Shown piece after piece: positions 49,401 to 57,800 of a stretch of DNA of 64,000 bases. The stretch's first letter is position 1, and each line of letters starts with the position of its first letter. The notes under the pieces are model-generated. The model was given only the letters and a program-made list of their open reading frames with translations, did no database searches and had not been told where the DNA came from. Both the position numbers and the translations under genes were made by a program. This DNA is from a virus: positions 1 to 64,000 of the IMG/VR virus record IMGVR_UViG_3300049855_000609; one strand, 5' to 3'.

Positions 49401-52400
49401 TTGATGGAAAAGAGTCCAAGAAAGCTGTCCGGGAAATACACACCAAGATAAAAGAGCTGAAAGAAGAATTGCTTGTATTTGGCAATGAGGTATTGGATGA
49501 AAAAGTAGGTGGAAAATACTGGGAAGTAAATGATAACCTGAAAAAAGAGATCAAGAAAGCTTTGACCAAGCTGGCAGAAATGGAAGATTATAAAACCCAA
49601 TTTCTGCAAAATGACCTGGTTAGAGTATACAGCTCTGTTATGTCTACAAAGGACAAAAGAGTTCAAAGAAAGATAAACAAGGTGCTGTCTATGGATTTTG
49701 TCCGTGACCAGGCTTCTTATATTGAGCAGACAGCTACCGGGAAAAAGACCCAGTTCTCTATGCTGACTCCCGGATTTCAAACAGAAAAAATGAAACAGGG
49801 AGCTGCAGGAAACGGAACCATAGGTGTGTACTCCAACTTCCTGGTAGTACACGGCCTGTCTCAGCAGACAGAAGCTCCTTTGAGGCTGATGACCAAGATA
49901 TGGAATGAGGAAAAAGAGAAAATGGAAACGGTCCCTTACAGTCTTGTTATAGGAAAGTTCAAATCTGATGGTTACCTGGGCAGAGGTCTTACCCTGGATG
50001 GTGCAAGAGATGTCTCTTCTGTTTATGAAGAAAGACAACAGACCTCATTGGATAATGAGAATGAAGGTATTCTGGGCCGGGTAGGGGTAAGTATGAGTAC
50101 GATCAATGTAGACTGCATCCTGGTAGGACAAGGATATGACAGGGATACTTTTGAAATAGGGGACCTGACAGATGTGAATGTTCAGAAAGAGATCCAGAGT
50201 AATCCTTTTGGGGTAATTGAGAAAAATGGAAAAGCTTACAGAGAGGTCAGTATTCCTTACTTGCTTTTATCTCAGCCACTGGTTAAAAAATATATTCAGG
50301 AGGTACAGGATTCAAACTCCATTACCCGGGGATATGAAAAAAATAAAAAGAGAAAGATACTGGAAAAGCTGATAGAAGAGTATGGTGGACTGGAAAACTT
50401 CGAGCTGGCAAAAGAGGATCATATCCGGAGAATGCTTACCGGTGAGAACCTGGCCAGGAACCTGGAAGGGCTTACAGATAATATGGTACAGCTTTCCGCG
50501 CTGGGGATAGTGGAGGAAATAGAAAGACTGTTCTCCAGTTCTATGACCTCTTTACAGCAAAGATTGAATATACAGGGGAATGAGCTGGGTATTTCTAATC
50601 TGGAAGCCAGGCAGAAATACAAGAATCTCTTCAAGTTCAACAGCAACTTTCCTATCCAAAATGCTTCTAAGCTGGTAGGAGATTATCTGTCTAAAAAGAA
50701 AGCTGCCCAGTTACTTTCTACTGAAGCGGGTAAAGAGCTGATAAGAAAAAATGGATTTATCATCCTGGAGTCTCCTGTTCCTGGAGAAAGAGAGGTGGTA
50801 ATGAGGCCAACTTCATTCTCCGGTTCCCTGATGGTATATGCACCAATAGCCAACAAAGAGCTTTGGGATAATTTCTTTCCTTATAAGAGTGCTGTAGTGG
50901 AGGAGTCTGTTACTGCCCTGCTGAATATTTTCGGTGGTGTGAAAAAAGGATCAGACATCAGTGATAAATCCATACTGGATACCACTTACCTCATCATGGA
51001 AGAGATGAAAAAATACCTCAACTCCAGTGAGGATCTGGGTACTTTCTCCGGAGATCCACAAATGCAAAGGGCCAGGCTTACCATATCGGATGAGAATAAT
51101 GTCTCTTTACCTAAATACATGCGGGAATTATTCAGCATGAACAAAGAGGGCCTCTCCGTAGAAGAATCCAAGGGCCTTGACATGGTAAAAAACAATAAGG
51201 TCACCTCCCGGCTATTCTACAATTTTGATAAGGGAGCTCCTTCTACCCTGAAATTTGATAATAACCGCGGGGAAGACTCCAATGAGTCTTATAAATACCA
51301 GGCTATAGTGGAATTGCTGGAGAAGAATTTACCACTGCCGGCTTGGAATAAACAGCCTTATACTACCCGGCAGCTGGGCATAGACCTGATCAGCTATGCT
51401 TACCTGGAAGGAGGAGTGCAGAAAGCTATCCAGTACATCAAATACATTTCTATACCTGTTCTGGAAGAGATCGGGTATGCTACCACTTCCCGGAAATGGC
51501 AGGAAGCCATAGTCTATGGAGATGAGCATGTCATAGAAGGTCTTTTTGGTGGCCAGGGATATTACTCCAATCTGGCAAAGCAGGTGGTACAGCATAACCC
51601 CGGAAAGGTAAAATACCAGCTGACCAAAGAACAGATCACAAATACAAAGGATGTGGAAGGTAAACCTTCTGTGATCCTTGGAAATACAAACAGTTTTGTT
51701 CCGGAAGAGTTTTCCTTCATTGAAGATGATATGGTAGAACCTTATGCTACCATATACAATGAGCTGGGTACTGGCCGGGATAAGCTGATGCTCTTTCAAT
51801 GGGATATGGAAAACAGCCGGTATACCAGGATCCCTACTTTCAACTACTTTGGGATGAGCCAGTATTCCATGAAGACAAACCATGTGACTCCACTGACTGA
51901 AGTCAGATGGACACCGGTGAAGCCTTCTTCAGGACAGGTGCTGCCTACAGAAGATAATACAGATCGGTCTTCTTTATTTGAACTGGGTACCGGGGATGCT
52001 ATTAAGATCCTGGATGCCATTGCTAAAGCTGATTTTGGGACCACCTCTTTTCTGGCTTCTTATACGGCAGGTTTTGTAGACAAGACCCTCAAAATAGATA
52101 TAGTAGATGAGACTAAAGAGGGAGATACTCCTTTCAGAGCTGTCTACAATCCAAGCAGTAACACCCTCAGGATAAGCCGTAAATTCCTCAATAACCATAA
52201 ATATTCCCCGGAGGAAATAGCTTACACGATAATGGAGGAGATGCTCCACTCTGTTATGAGCAGGGAGTTGATCAAGTACTTTGATGCAAAAGGAAAACTC
52301 CTGGTCCCGGAACAGTATCTTCCTCCACATATACTCCGGTTACACCGGCTTTTACTGGAAACACAATCTTTCTTTGAAAAGATGCCACAGGAGCAAAGAG

Positions 52401-54859
52401 ATGCCCTTTTTGGAGATGATATTTCGAAGGAAACCCGGGATATGCATGAAAGAGAGCTGTTTGTTTACACGCTGGGTAACATACATGAGTTTGTAGCCAA
52501 GATCCTGGCTAAGCCTCATATTCGGGAAGCCATGTCAAAAGTGCCCTATAAGAAGACAAATATGAGCCTTTTGGAGAGGTTCTACCAGATCTTCCAGGAG
52601 TTCTTAGAGAAAGCCGGCATGAAGTTCGACAAGGATACAGTGGCTTTCCATGCTGTAGCAGAGATATTTTCCTGGCTGGAGCAGAACAATGGAGATACTG
52701 TACAAAGTAATTCTATACAGGAACAGGTAAAAACTGCTCTCAGTAACAGCATCCTGACAGTAGAACAGGAGCTGGAAAACCGGAGATTAGAAGCAGAAGA
52801 GTTCCGCAAGAGCCTGAAAGGGGCACAGCCTACAGTAAGACAGAAAAAGGAATTCATCGTTTCCAAGCTGGAAAATGGAGAGGAGATCTTAGGGACTATT
52901 CAGCAGGGGTTCAATGGAGGATATGATTTCGTGGACAAGAAAGGCTCCCGGGTAAGGTTCTATAATCACTCCGGGAATATTACCCAGGAAGATTACAATA
53001 AGACTGTGAGATTGGTACTGGCCCCTGAAGTGAAAGCTGAAGACGGGAAAGTTTTCCGTGATGTGATACAAGTATGGGCAGGGGATAAATTCTTTGGCAA
53101 TGTACAGGAAACAGACTGGAAAGAAACTCCTGCTGTTGATCTGCTTAAAAAAATAGATCTGATTGAAACCCGCATAGCTAATGGAACAGCTGATCCCCAG
53201 GAGTATAAGGATCTGGATGAATACCGGAAACAATTGGGTATGGCTCCCAGATATGGGATAACAGGAGCTAATTTTGAAACTCAAAGAGAGCAATTACCAA
53301 AAGATCCTACCGACAAACTAATCTATGTATTTGAAAAGCTGGGGAAGAAAAATGTAGATAAGATTCTGGAAGGCAGAGATGAAGATGGAAATGCTGATTA
53401 TTTGGTAGCTTATATTCCGGATAACATGACCAAAGAAGAATTTGAAAATACGGATCTTGATGAGTTTGAATTTGAAGATGCTACTTATGATACAATTATG
53501 CGTCTTTTAAAAGGAGTAAAAAAGTTTAACGGAACTGCAAGCTTTTATATAGAAGAGGCTATTTCTGACCCTGATAATTATAGGTCTATTGCTGCAGAAA
53601 ATTTTCTTTTACAGATAGCAGATAAAATAAATGAGATCAACCCAACCATACTAAACCCTGATCAAGGGAGTTTATTTGACCGGGCTTTACCTGAAAAAAG
53701 GGATGATTTCCTTTTTGATGTGGATATGCCTGAAATGGGGGCTGCCTTGGAGATCGTTTATGGTCAGTGGCCTGGATTGGAACAAGAACTCCCTAAAGAA
53801 AAGTATATGGAATGGGTTAACACTATCTGGCCGGACTCCTATGTGAAAAGGGTGGTCTATCATGGAACAGGTTCAGATATAGAAAAACTGGAACCTTCTC
53901 CTAATTCCGGGCTTATCTTCTTCGCGGCTAATCATGAATACAGTGCTGTTTACGCTGAGTGGAGAAAACAGAATTTGGAGCATGAAAAGTCTTGGAGGAA
54001 AGAAACTGCTAAAGTATATGACTTTTGGAATAAAGCTTTATTCCGGACAGATGTAGATGCTATTCCTGCACAAATGCTGGTGGATGAGACTATTGATGTT
54101 TTACTGAAATACAAGAAAGAAACTCCTGAACGGATATTCAAGGGCCTTTTTGGTGATCTTCCTTCTAATTTAGTTGAGTTACAAAAAGAGATCATAGAGA
54201 ACTACAATGAAAAGCAATTTATATGGGATAACGGGGATGAAGATGTTGCAGACTATGAGGACTATGTAGAGATGCAGGAAAGACAAAACTGGACAGAAGA
54301 ACAGTGGCAGGCTTCTTATATAGCAGAACAAAAAGAACTGGAAAAAGAGGCTTTTGTTTATCAAAGGGATAAGGAAGAAGTATACAGACTGATGAGAAAG
54401 AATTTCTATAAATTAGAAAATCAGATCAATGGCCCGGCATACAAGAAGGTAAAAAAATATTTTGAGGTTCCGGCAAAAGCTAAGGTGCTTCCTGTACTTT
54501 TAAATGTAAAAAACCCACAAATAATTGATGAAGAGATCACCACTTACAACATAACAAGTGGTATTATCCCTATAGATCCTGCAGCAGATGCCATAATAGG
54601 AAAGGATGCTCCTTTATATGCAGACTCTTTTACCGGCAAGGATTGGAAAGAAGAAGAGGTTTTTGTGATCAAGAACCCGGATCAGATATATTACTTAGGA
54701 TCCCCGGAGGATATAGCCATGGCCAAGCAGTTTGCTAATGGCAATAAATACATCTCCGTAAATGACCCTACTCTGTTCTCTGATAATGTGGAAGATGTGG
54801 CTGAAGAGGAAAAATTAAGCTGGAAAGACCGGGAAAATAAAACAGATTGTCCGTTTTAA
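40406..54859 (+). CDS. Giant virion polyprotein: membrane/ejection module + virion RNA polymerase + zincin-like domain + ADP-ribosyltransferase-like domain
   Basis: 4817 aa. FRIPTSG..S and GLDFDVDK (49166-49180), the crAss vRNAP catalytic DxDxD motif; KPVYTG, YIKTS, SGAKIG, RIQQDIP motifs; EEMLH...HEFVA (52235-52498); VYHGT...LLNVKNP...E.FV...DQI (53855-54690). Confidence 0.9.
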   Translation: MAGTKSEVVTEKGQKTAVEVMNDLMKGTADTPKPVVKTTEPPVLSAVDVMNKLMRGESVEVKSPATSGFLSADAPVSTSSTGHTPDLQKKLEEGMDISNDIDNYYINKAHDQSFVEQSLLTTGRMVSNFLYGAVSAAGSTLDMIDTPMMLTGVIKEYGNILGDAAKSAQEWEEEKYPIYKKDPNTTILSGGLLDPGWWGNIMVGVSHSAGIWGESVAATLGAGALTGPTGYLAGIGAGIKAMKSAKGLSNILKVAKNSDQIRRSIMLSTALRGMNELQMEGVDSYHQVYKGMIDKGMSHEEAVKYASVAAANTARLNLPKVALDLLQAKLLLVNPMSGSTEGLLESFLGKLPTKIGTPTKWIANMGGESFEEYYQAIAQNESVYKAEMMAGLTPKTTLGERLKKYNRDGNTWDAAFSGAVGGLVLGKLQQSFQKWGEGKGIKDLRSEQEKFVQNMSAGMTLEMVEKISQAVQEGKPEKAKALLRDLSEHKAITATHLDALTDRDTAFNSYMTYLDKTIEAAEKGDMDALEGLIVPGMDLQDVKERFKVYREDALAIKELYDNNTEKHSREAVVPITRLEYDIKRLGEEQKTFPARLAAEKANIADYDSLSTIGKQLYDLHAERAAKSVKGLPVEDLTQAINTLTQTLTPEQKAQDQKILNSISWNNGYTRTVDAQIANQKALDNKRENLILWKDSKYQEMSVEQKDEKLIRDAKSLKELDAIRIALATQKRLTQNKRNMIGEKRKNLLLEEKDKPASLTASPTVPAFVANPATITPLAPDAFDTANTTNSIPSVEDTTTTATAIPSPSPANTSMTQPTVEELSAILNQAIEQGVQEEDEDSDDIFDTDAIPEKEFRDKMKTLVKKRVEELTAELGHRPSFTEFFQDFVDKTSEQKGDQHFEALKTAWLDNGYPKVNFDAIRNAISRSKVTFSELLGTLDQQSGEVVQQPASQEAAGVESVLYDTKLYPLPEGHKNRYKIDDFTKYKPGTKLSMEMMEDPGETITIWDQEQPREVSLAKWVAESGGSTQDYVDDVPILVKDESGEPVATIPQVSFFKRESWGRDLPESIREAKRQDAINNVRKLRTELYGAPYKKVSIEITERNYGTMLTFPGKEKRQVSKADPTAPIGVKNSGPSFTTTEGIISTDQIYNPGNTLKISDGHKYEFRKMGEKNGKPFYWAQRVHYGNISQQEAQSVYYACASYIFQDISAEQNPKAKELSHKIKDKVKAAGGDAGMNIHWVSNLETYISQFVDLSNLSIADDEALLIALHSTADPSLFKTEEEKEQAKARIGKPYIITQHGTILFGRLGQQIQVEQYDSNGVKKWVTLSYLENNMKLFKVRSQDTAIQVKNKGLLLEALQRLLNDTTENGFKQGMTKKENHLKSKIPVSLISRSANNVVDVTTYTGTDGKSDYASYLKDTMYTVLDAVNVGTKEEPRFVSMVNNEIKFKAFVPEEARLKAVQKTEQVIAEEVKTPEGVADMFTEQYMRDHGYSEEAIRKFLSGDNLYDVDLENYKRVTDEMMQRVKKRMTSISDLDSSDRQELINYISRQIEQRLDGKNKEVISREDTIGEVTHSFENIIQPKMDFWRSEVKKLKEILAANPASTRLQYLIDDMELNIHNVMMVRKHWKSLMEDVELELERNINLKIKDFSEESYSKTAMERDPKSSVRLMVKRFLSRIPRYENGYRKIGFLGVESYPGFDYYFDLLGEVLSPQAAEQEGKATNISVRAEWDDIIARLKQNQERYPWIKYLLEQLETAPQQLKIQFTVGLAGKHNIHPEFVMISKHGTGVYLRSWETNYSDKVKVIRRQWESNSKDIDLFTYSDGEYRINIDHAKYLLGQYQMFLKRGLHKLKEAQEWLSEFGINLSMDAMEFLKTDGYTLFDGSTRMRIKDLFPQAETEKNKTAFSETNNIFKKLASVLTLAIAANEANPTRALSIRERKDLDPFAAAHGLIGRLASVEARFSLVVSPNAYRDSGKNIYAITQNKLACQQVEDLIRNDESGKALIDSKLEQVFDGKSMILKLMKESPEFAKSFQISHISLEALKEERRDSPFNMEVTRLSDADKHMMTMGFMQSTTQGSIMVSDEMKKIFMGIPVRMARMLLPTMSDKELMLEVLTAILAPNSNNFRDLEGNTGLSDNLLRLMYSQMVEPELDRIIDYHIRKARGEQFNQKDYDKAAQIFHFIPEMNNVTRMVHGQEVRVIEYLQANAHNMTAEEIAREKQRLQIASYRKMEDVVTDEVTNVVHNWFKWGFAVQEKNGSVSFPYMDKNYVNDAGWKGTSEEKLMHFAYDYVVNNMLTNANHFMMFAGDVANFGKANAFSTKDFEDGNPTRPLGDGSVYRMNSENIIGRNVGKRLAMLIAPGDPLFNSENDNYIQLFLEDAKVVAPNAEYMIDLHYEGKRTDKVNELLYQARNEDDKKKSAVETLSKMFPDIASFFSIENTDSQEMMTAGEALNVAYRRGNLSEEKYKELKGKIRRQRAAEKEGKPIAKADFISHEDINLVFQPQKPVYTGYKMENGRTRMVYIKTSAISLLPQLTGADTQLYGLRRKMEEIEDSSGRNVRAVYVSGAKIGSPQKAFSVWKANGDFKEDAINVQSVVDNLNSGNPDSALILPRKFFRIQQDIPFKSHYKEEDLTKLGTQMMKTIFGNGVSKIKEKVFSYKGEMLSGEELYKEYNSLIDTWIKTEKTKLYRELGVDELTGKPKNMRKFSEKLHSMLLKEARKRDYPLQDQQALGLDIKRDDLTGEVLDVRFTIPLWLTPNSNRYESLLNSIVGNRMLNLELPGVGLVTASSQGFKWKATDDLTDVQNFSDIIWRKTRFNGELRAFDTDAGTKAQILVPSKFRGRDGKLIDLLDPKNGYFYEEGGRKFLNEDRIKAELLESTSFRIPTSGHVSIASVEIVGFLPPQNGDIMVVPPNFLPQKGLDFDVDKEYLYNLWHALDEEDNIVSLEDGIKMTYQEIEMLEKNINDQIESMRDYYKDNQEMLNEIDELKTDLEVRKTLSFDGKESKKAVREIHTKIKELKEELLVFGNEVLDEKVGGKYWEVNDNLKKEIKKALTKLAEMEDYKTQFLQNDLVRVYSSVMSTKDKRVQRKINKVLSMDFVRDQASYIEQTATGKKTQFSMLTPGFQTEKMKQGAAGNGTIGVYSNFLVVHGLSQQTEAPLRLMTKIWNEEKEKMETVPYSLVIGKFKSDGYLGRGLTLDGARDVSSVYEERQQTSLDNENEGILGRVGVSMSTINVDCILVGQGYDRDTFEIGDLTDVNVQKEIQSNPFGVIEKNGKAYREVSIPYLLLSQPLVKKYIQEVQDSNSITRGYEKNKKRKILEKLIEEYGGLENFELAKEDHIRRMLTGENLARNLEGLTDNMVQLSALGIVEEIERLFSSSMTSLQQRLNIQGNELGISNLEARQKYKNLFKFNSNFPIQNASKLVGDYLSKKKAAQLLSTEAGKELIRKNGFIILESPVPGEREVVMRPTSFSGSLMVYAPIANKELWDNFFPYKSAVVEESVTALLNIFGGVKKGSDISDKSILDTTYLIMEEMKKYLNSSEDLGTFSGDPQMQRARLTISDENNVSLPKYMRELFSMNKEGLSVEESKGLDMVKNNKVTSRLFYNFDKGAPSTLKFDNNRGEDSNESYKYQAIVELLEKNLPLPAWNKQPYTTRQLGIDLISYAYLEGGVQKAIQYIKYISIPVLEEIGYATTSRKWQEAIVYGDEHVIEGLFGGQGYYSNLAKQVVQHNPGKVKYQLTKEQITNTKDVEGKPSVILGNTNSFVPEEFSFIEDDMVEPYATIYNELGTGRDKLMLFQWDMENSRYTRIPTFNYFGMSQYSMKTNHVTPLTEVRWTPVKPSSGQVLPTEDNTDRSSLFELGTGDAIKILDAIAKADFGTTSFLASYTAGFVDKTLKIDIVDETKEGDTPFRAVYNPSSNTLRISRKFLNNHKYSPEEIAYTIMEEMLHSVMSRELIKYFDAKGKLLVPEQYLPPHILRLHRLLLETQSFFEKMPQEQRDALFGDDISKETRDMHERELFVYTLGNIHEFVAKILAKPHIREAMSKVPYKKTNMSLLERFYQIFQEFLEKAGMKFDKDTVAFHAVAEIFSWLEQNNGDTVQSNSIQEQVKTALSNSILTVEQELENRRLEAEEFRKSLKGAQPTVRQKKEFIVSKLENGEEILGTIQQGFNGGYDFVDKKGSRVRFYNHSGNITQEDYNKTVRLVLAPEVKAEDGKVFRDVIQVWAGDKFFGNVQETDWKETPAVDLLKKIDLIETRIANGTADPQEYKDLDEYRKQLGMAPRYGITGANFETQREQLPKDPTDKLIYVFEKLGKKNVDKILEGRDEDGNADYLVAYIPDNMTKEEFENTDLDEFEFEDATYDTIMRLLKGVKKFNGTASFYIEEAISDPDNYRSIAAENFLLQIADKINEINPTILNPDQGSLFDRALPEKRDDFLFDVDMPEMGAALEIVYGQWPGLEQELPKEKYMEWVNTIWPDSYVKRVVYHGTGSDIEKLEPSPNSGLIFFAANHEYSAVYAEWRKQNLEHEKSWRKETAKVYDFWNKALFRTDVDAIPAQMLVDETIDVLLKYKKETPERIFKGLFGDLPSNLVELQKEIIENYNEKQFIWDNGDEDVADYEDYVEMQERQNWTEEQWQASYIAEQKELEKEAFVYQRDKEEVYRLMRKNFYKLENQINGPAYKKVKKYFEVPAKAKVLPVLLNVKNPQIIDEEITTYNITSGIIPIDPAADAIIGKDAPLYADSFTGKDWKEEEVFVIKNPDQIYYLGSPEDIAMAKQFANGNKYISVNDPTLFSDNVEDVAEEEKLSWKDRENKTDCPF

Positions 54860-54875
54860 CCATTAAATTTGAACC

Positions 54876-57800
54876 ATGAGTACAGATTGCGGAGGAAGAA
54901 AATTACCCTTTAAAACAGCAGAAGCTAATGCTAAATCCTGGATGAGATCCGAGGGTTTTATCAATAATTTTTTGGAGATCACAGCAGCCCCGGAGGAAAA
55001 AGAAAAGGAGTTTTTCCGGATAGCAGAGAGCCTTAAAAAACAAGGGATTCAGAAGTATGGCATTCTGACAGACTGGGTATACATGGCCGGCCAGGGGAAG
55101 ATAACTGTAAACCGCGAGGCTTTTAAAGCTGCAGATGTACTCAATGGGGTTATCTATAATAACGAAGTAGATCCTTCTAAATACCTGGATTCCCGCAAAG
55201 ATCAGAACCTCTATGATGTGGATGATGAGAACTTTTTTCAGGCCCAGGATACTCCCCAGGATGACTTTGATATAGAAAGTACCACAGACACCAATATCAG
55301 GGCCAGCCTTCCCCGGTTATTACAGTTAAAGGAAAAGCTTGCTGCTATAATAAGAAGGGAAATAGCTGAGATGAACAGCATCATGGAGAATTTCAAGGAA
55401 GACAAGGAGGTTTATACCAAAGCTTTGAAGAGAAGAGGAGAGCTTCAAAAGAAGCTGGATGGGACTGTTATTGTAAACTCCCTGGGAATAGATCCGGTGA
55501 TAGAAAAGGGTTTGCTCAAAGAAATAGAAGAACTGAAAGCCTGGAACAGCCATGATCCGGCAATGTTTGGGCCCATGATAGAGTCTGAACTGCACAGGCT
55601 GGAAAAGATCATGGAACATGACCTGGACTCTTCCGAGAAAATAGAAGAAGCCAACCTGATCATTGATTTTGTTCTTGCCATGAATAACTTTGACCGGCAG
55701 TTTGTGGAGAAGGATAACCATCCTATCTATCATGCCGGAGAATTGTATGTAGGGGAAACCCTGGTGCTGACAGATACTGACCGGGAATACTATGCCAGGT
55801 GGGCTGTAAGGGCTTATGAAGCCAAGAGTAAACTATTCAGTGCGGAAAAGAGAGAAATAGAAAGAAGGGTGAACTCTGATGTAAATGTCCAAAAGATGTT
55901 TGACGGAAAGCAGTTTACTTTTGAAGAGATCACAGAACTGAAAGATGGGTTAAAAGATATAGACTGGATATCCAGTGCCGTGCTGGATATCACTTCCGGG
56001 TATATGACCCATAATGGTATGCTGCCCCATGTAATGCTGAAAATGCTCTCTGATGCCCTGGCAGATGCCCAGATAGAGCAGAGGGCTTTGGAAGAAACCC
56101 TGGACCAGACAGTAGAAAAGGCACAGGAAGTGCTTTCCAGTAAGAAATTTGAAGGAGGAAAGTATCGATTAGCTTCCCTGGGTATCATTGGAATAAAAGG
56201 GGTTTCCTGGAGCCTGTACTGGCAAGAAGGAGAAAATGGCCTGCGGACAGGTTTTCTGGTAAACAAACTTTCATCCAAATGGATGAACCTTCAGGAAGAA
56301 ATAGAAAAGAAATACAGGAAGATGACCTATGGTCCAAAGACAAAAGCAGAGCTGGACCTGGCTAATAAAAAGAGAAATGACTGGCTGACAGAAAACGCCA
56401 AGCTCATCCAGTCTTCTTTGCTCCCGGAGATCAGGGATGAAGTATTCAAAGTCCCTCCTGCCGGCCAGGAAAATCCCCTGGCTGTTCTTCAGAAATATTT
56501 TCAGGCACCGGATAACCAGCAAAAAGCAACCCAGCATAAAGCAGAGCTGATATCCATTATAGGAGAAGAATATTATAAGGAAAGAGTAGAAAAACAAAAA
56601 GAATTACTCTTGGAATTTGTCACCCAGAGGGAGATCTTCATAGAAAGTAAGCTAAAAGAATATGCTATTCCAGCAGGGGCCACAGAACAGGACCTGAGAA
56701 ATCTTTATCCGGATCTGGACAAAGCCATCAATTTCTGGGAAGCAAAATATGATCCTTTTATTGCAGAAGAGTACTCTAAGACAGGATATCCTTCCAGTAA
56801 GGCTGCCGGACAAAACCACTCTTTCCACTCTTATTATACCTATAACCAGCATATTCCTCTCCGGCATAAGCCGGATGCCTCAGGAAGTATGGTGGAAACA
56901 GGTTTTTACGATAATAACTTTGAGCTGATAGAAAATAATCAAGCTCTGCTGGATTTTTACCGGGTAGCCAGAAAGTGGGCCACTACTATGAGAAATAACT
57001 TTGGCCTGGGTATCAAAAAGATGTTGCCGGAAGGCTTTATCCCTTTTATGGAAAGGACCCTGGGAGAGCAGATATGGAACTCCGGAGAGGTATCTGAAAT
57101 GCTCACTCTGGCAGGAAAAATAAAAGCAATCTATACCCATGTATTTGATTATTTGAAAATGGGTATGGGAGTGAGGGAAGAAGATACTTTTGACTATGCG
57201 GAGAGAGATCCGTTGACGGGAAAGAAAACTTACAAAATAAACGACACCTTTATAAAACAAAGCCGGAAGAAAACAGAAAATGCCTTTGCTTTGAACCAGG
57301 CTGTTTTTGTAAAGAATTATAAAGGACTACGCGGAAGAGATTATCTGGGGCTTATAAAAAGGAACTCAAAAAGAATGGTTTACATAGACCATCCGGATCC
57401 TAAATTCAATAATGCGGATGCCATGGCACAGCTTATCTCTCCTTACCTGGGACTGGAGACTCCTCTTACGGGGAAAGAGCTGATAGAAAGATATGGGGTA
57501 CTGGAAGACAGGGATAGGTCAGGAGCCATGAAAGCTACTATACCCTTAGGAGAGATCCTTTATGATTTTTCCCAGCACCAGGTAGTACAGGAACAGTCTT
57601 TTGATTTACCGAAGATCATCCGTTTTTATGGTAAAGCAGCTGCAGATTATAAAGCCCGGACAACAGTGTTACCCACTCTGGCCTTTATGAAAAGGTATTA
57701 TGAAGAGATCAATGATATTGAGACCACGAATACCGGGGAGCAGAAAAAAGGGAATTTCCGGGGAAGAGAAAAGCCTATTACCCGGGGTTTCAGAAAAAAT

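Noticed and set aside
54864-54871. TAAATTTG promoter-like octamer before 54876 (also at 1979-1986)
   Set aside because: Only 4-5 nt from the ATG and no convincing -33 element at 54876; probably AT-rich translation-initiation sequence.
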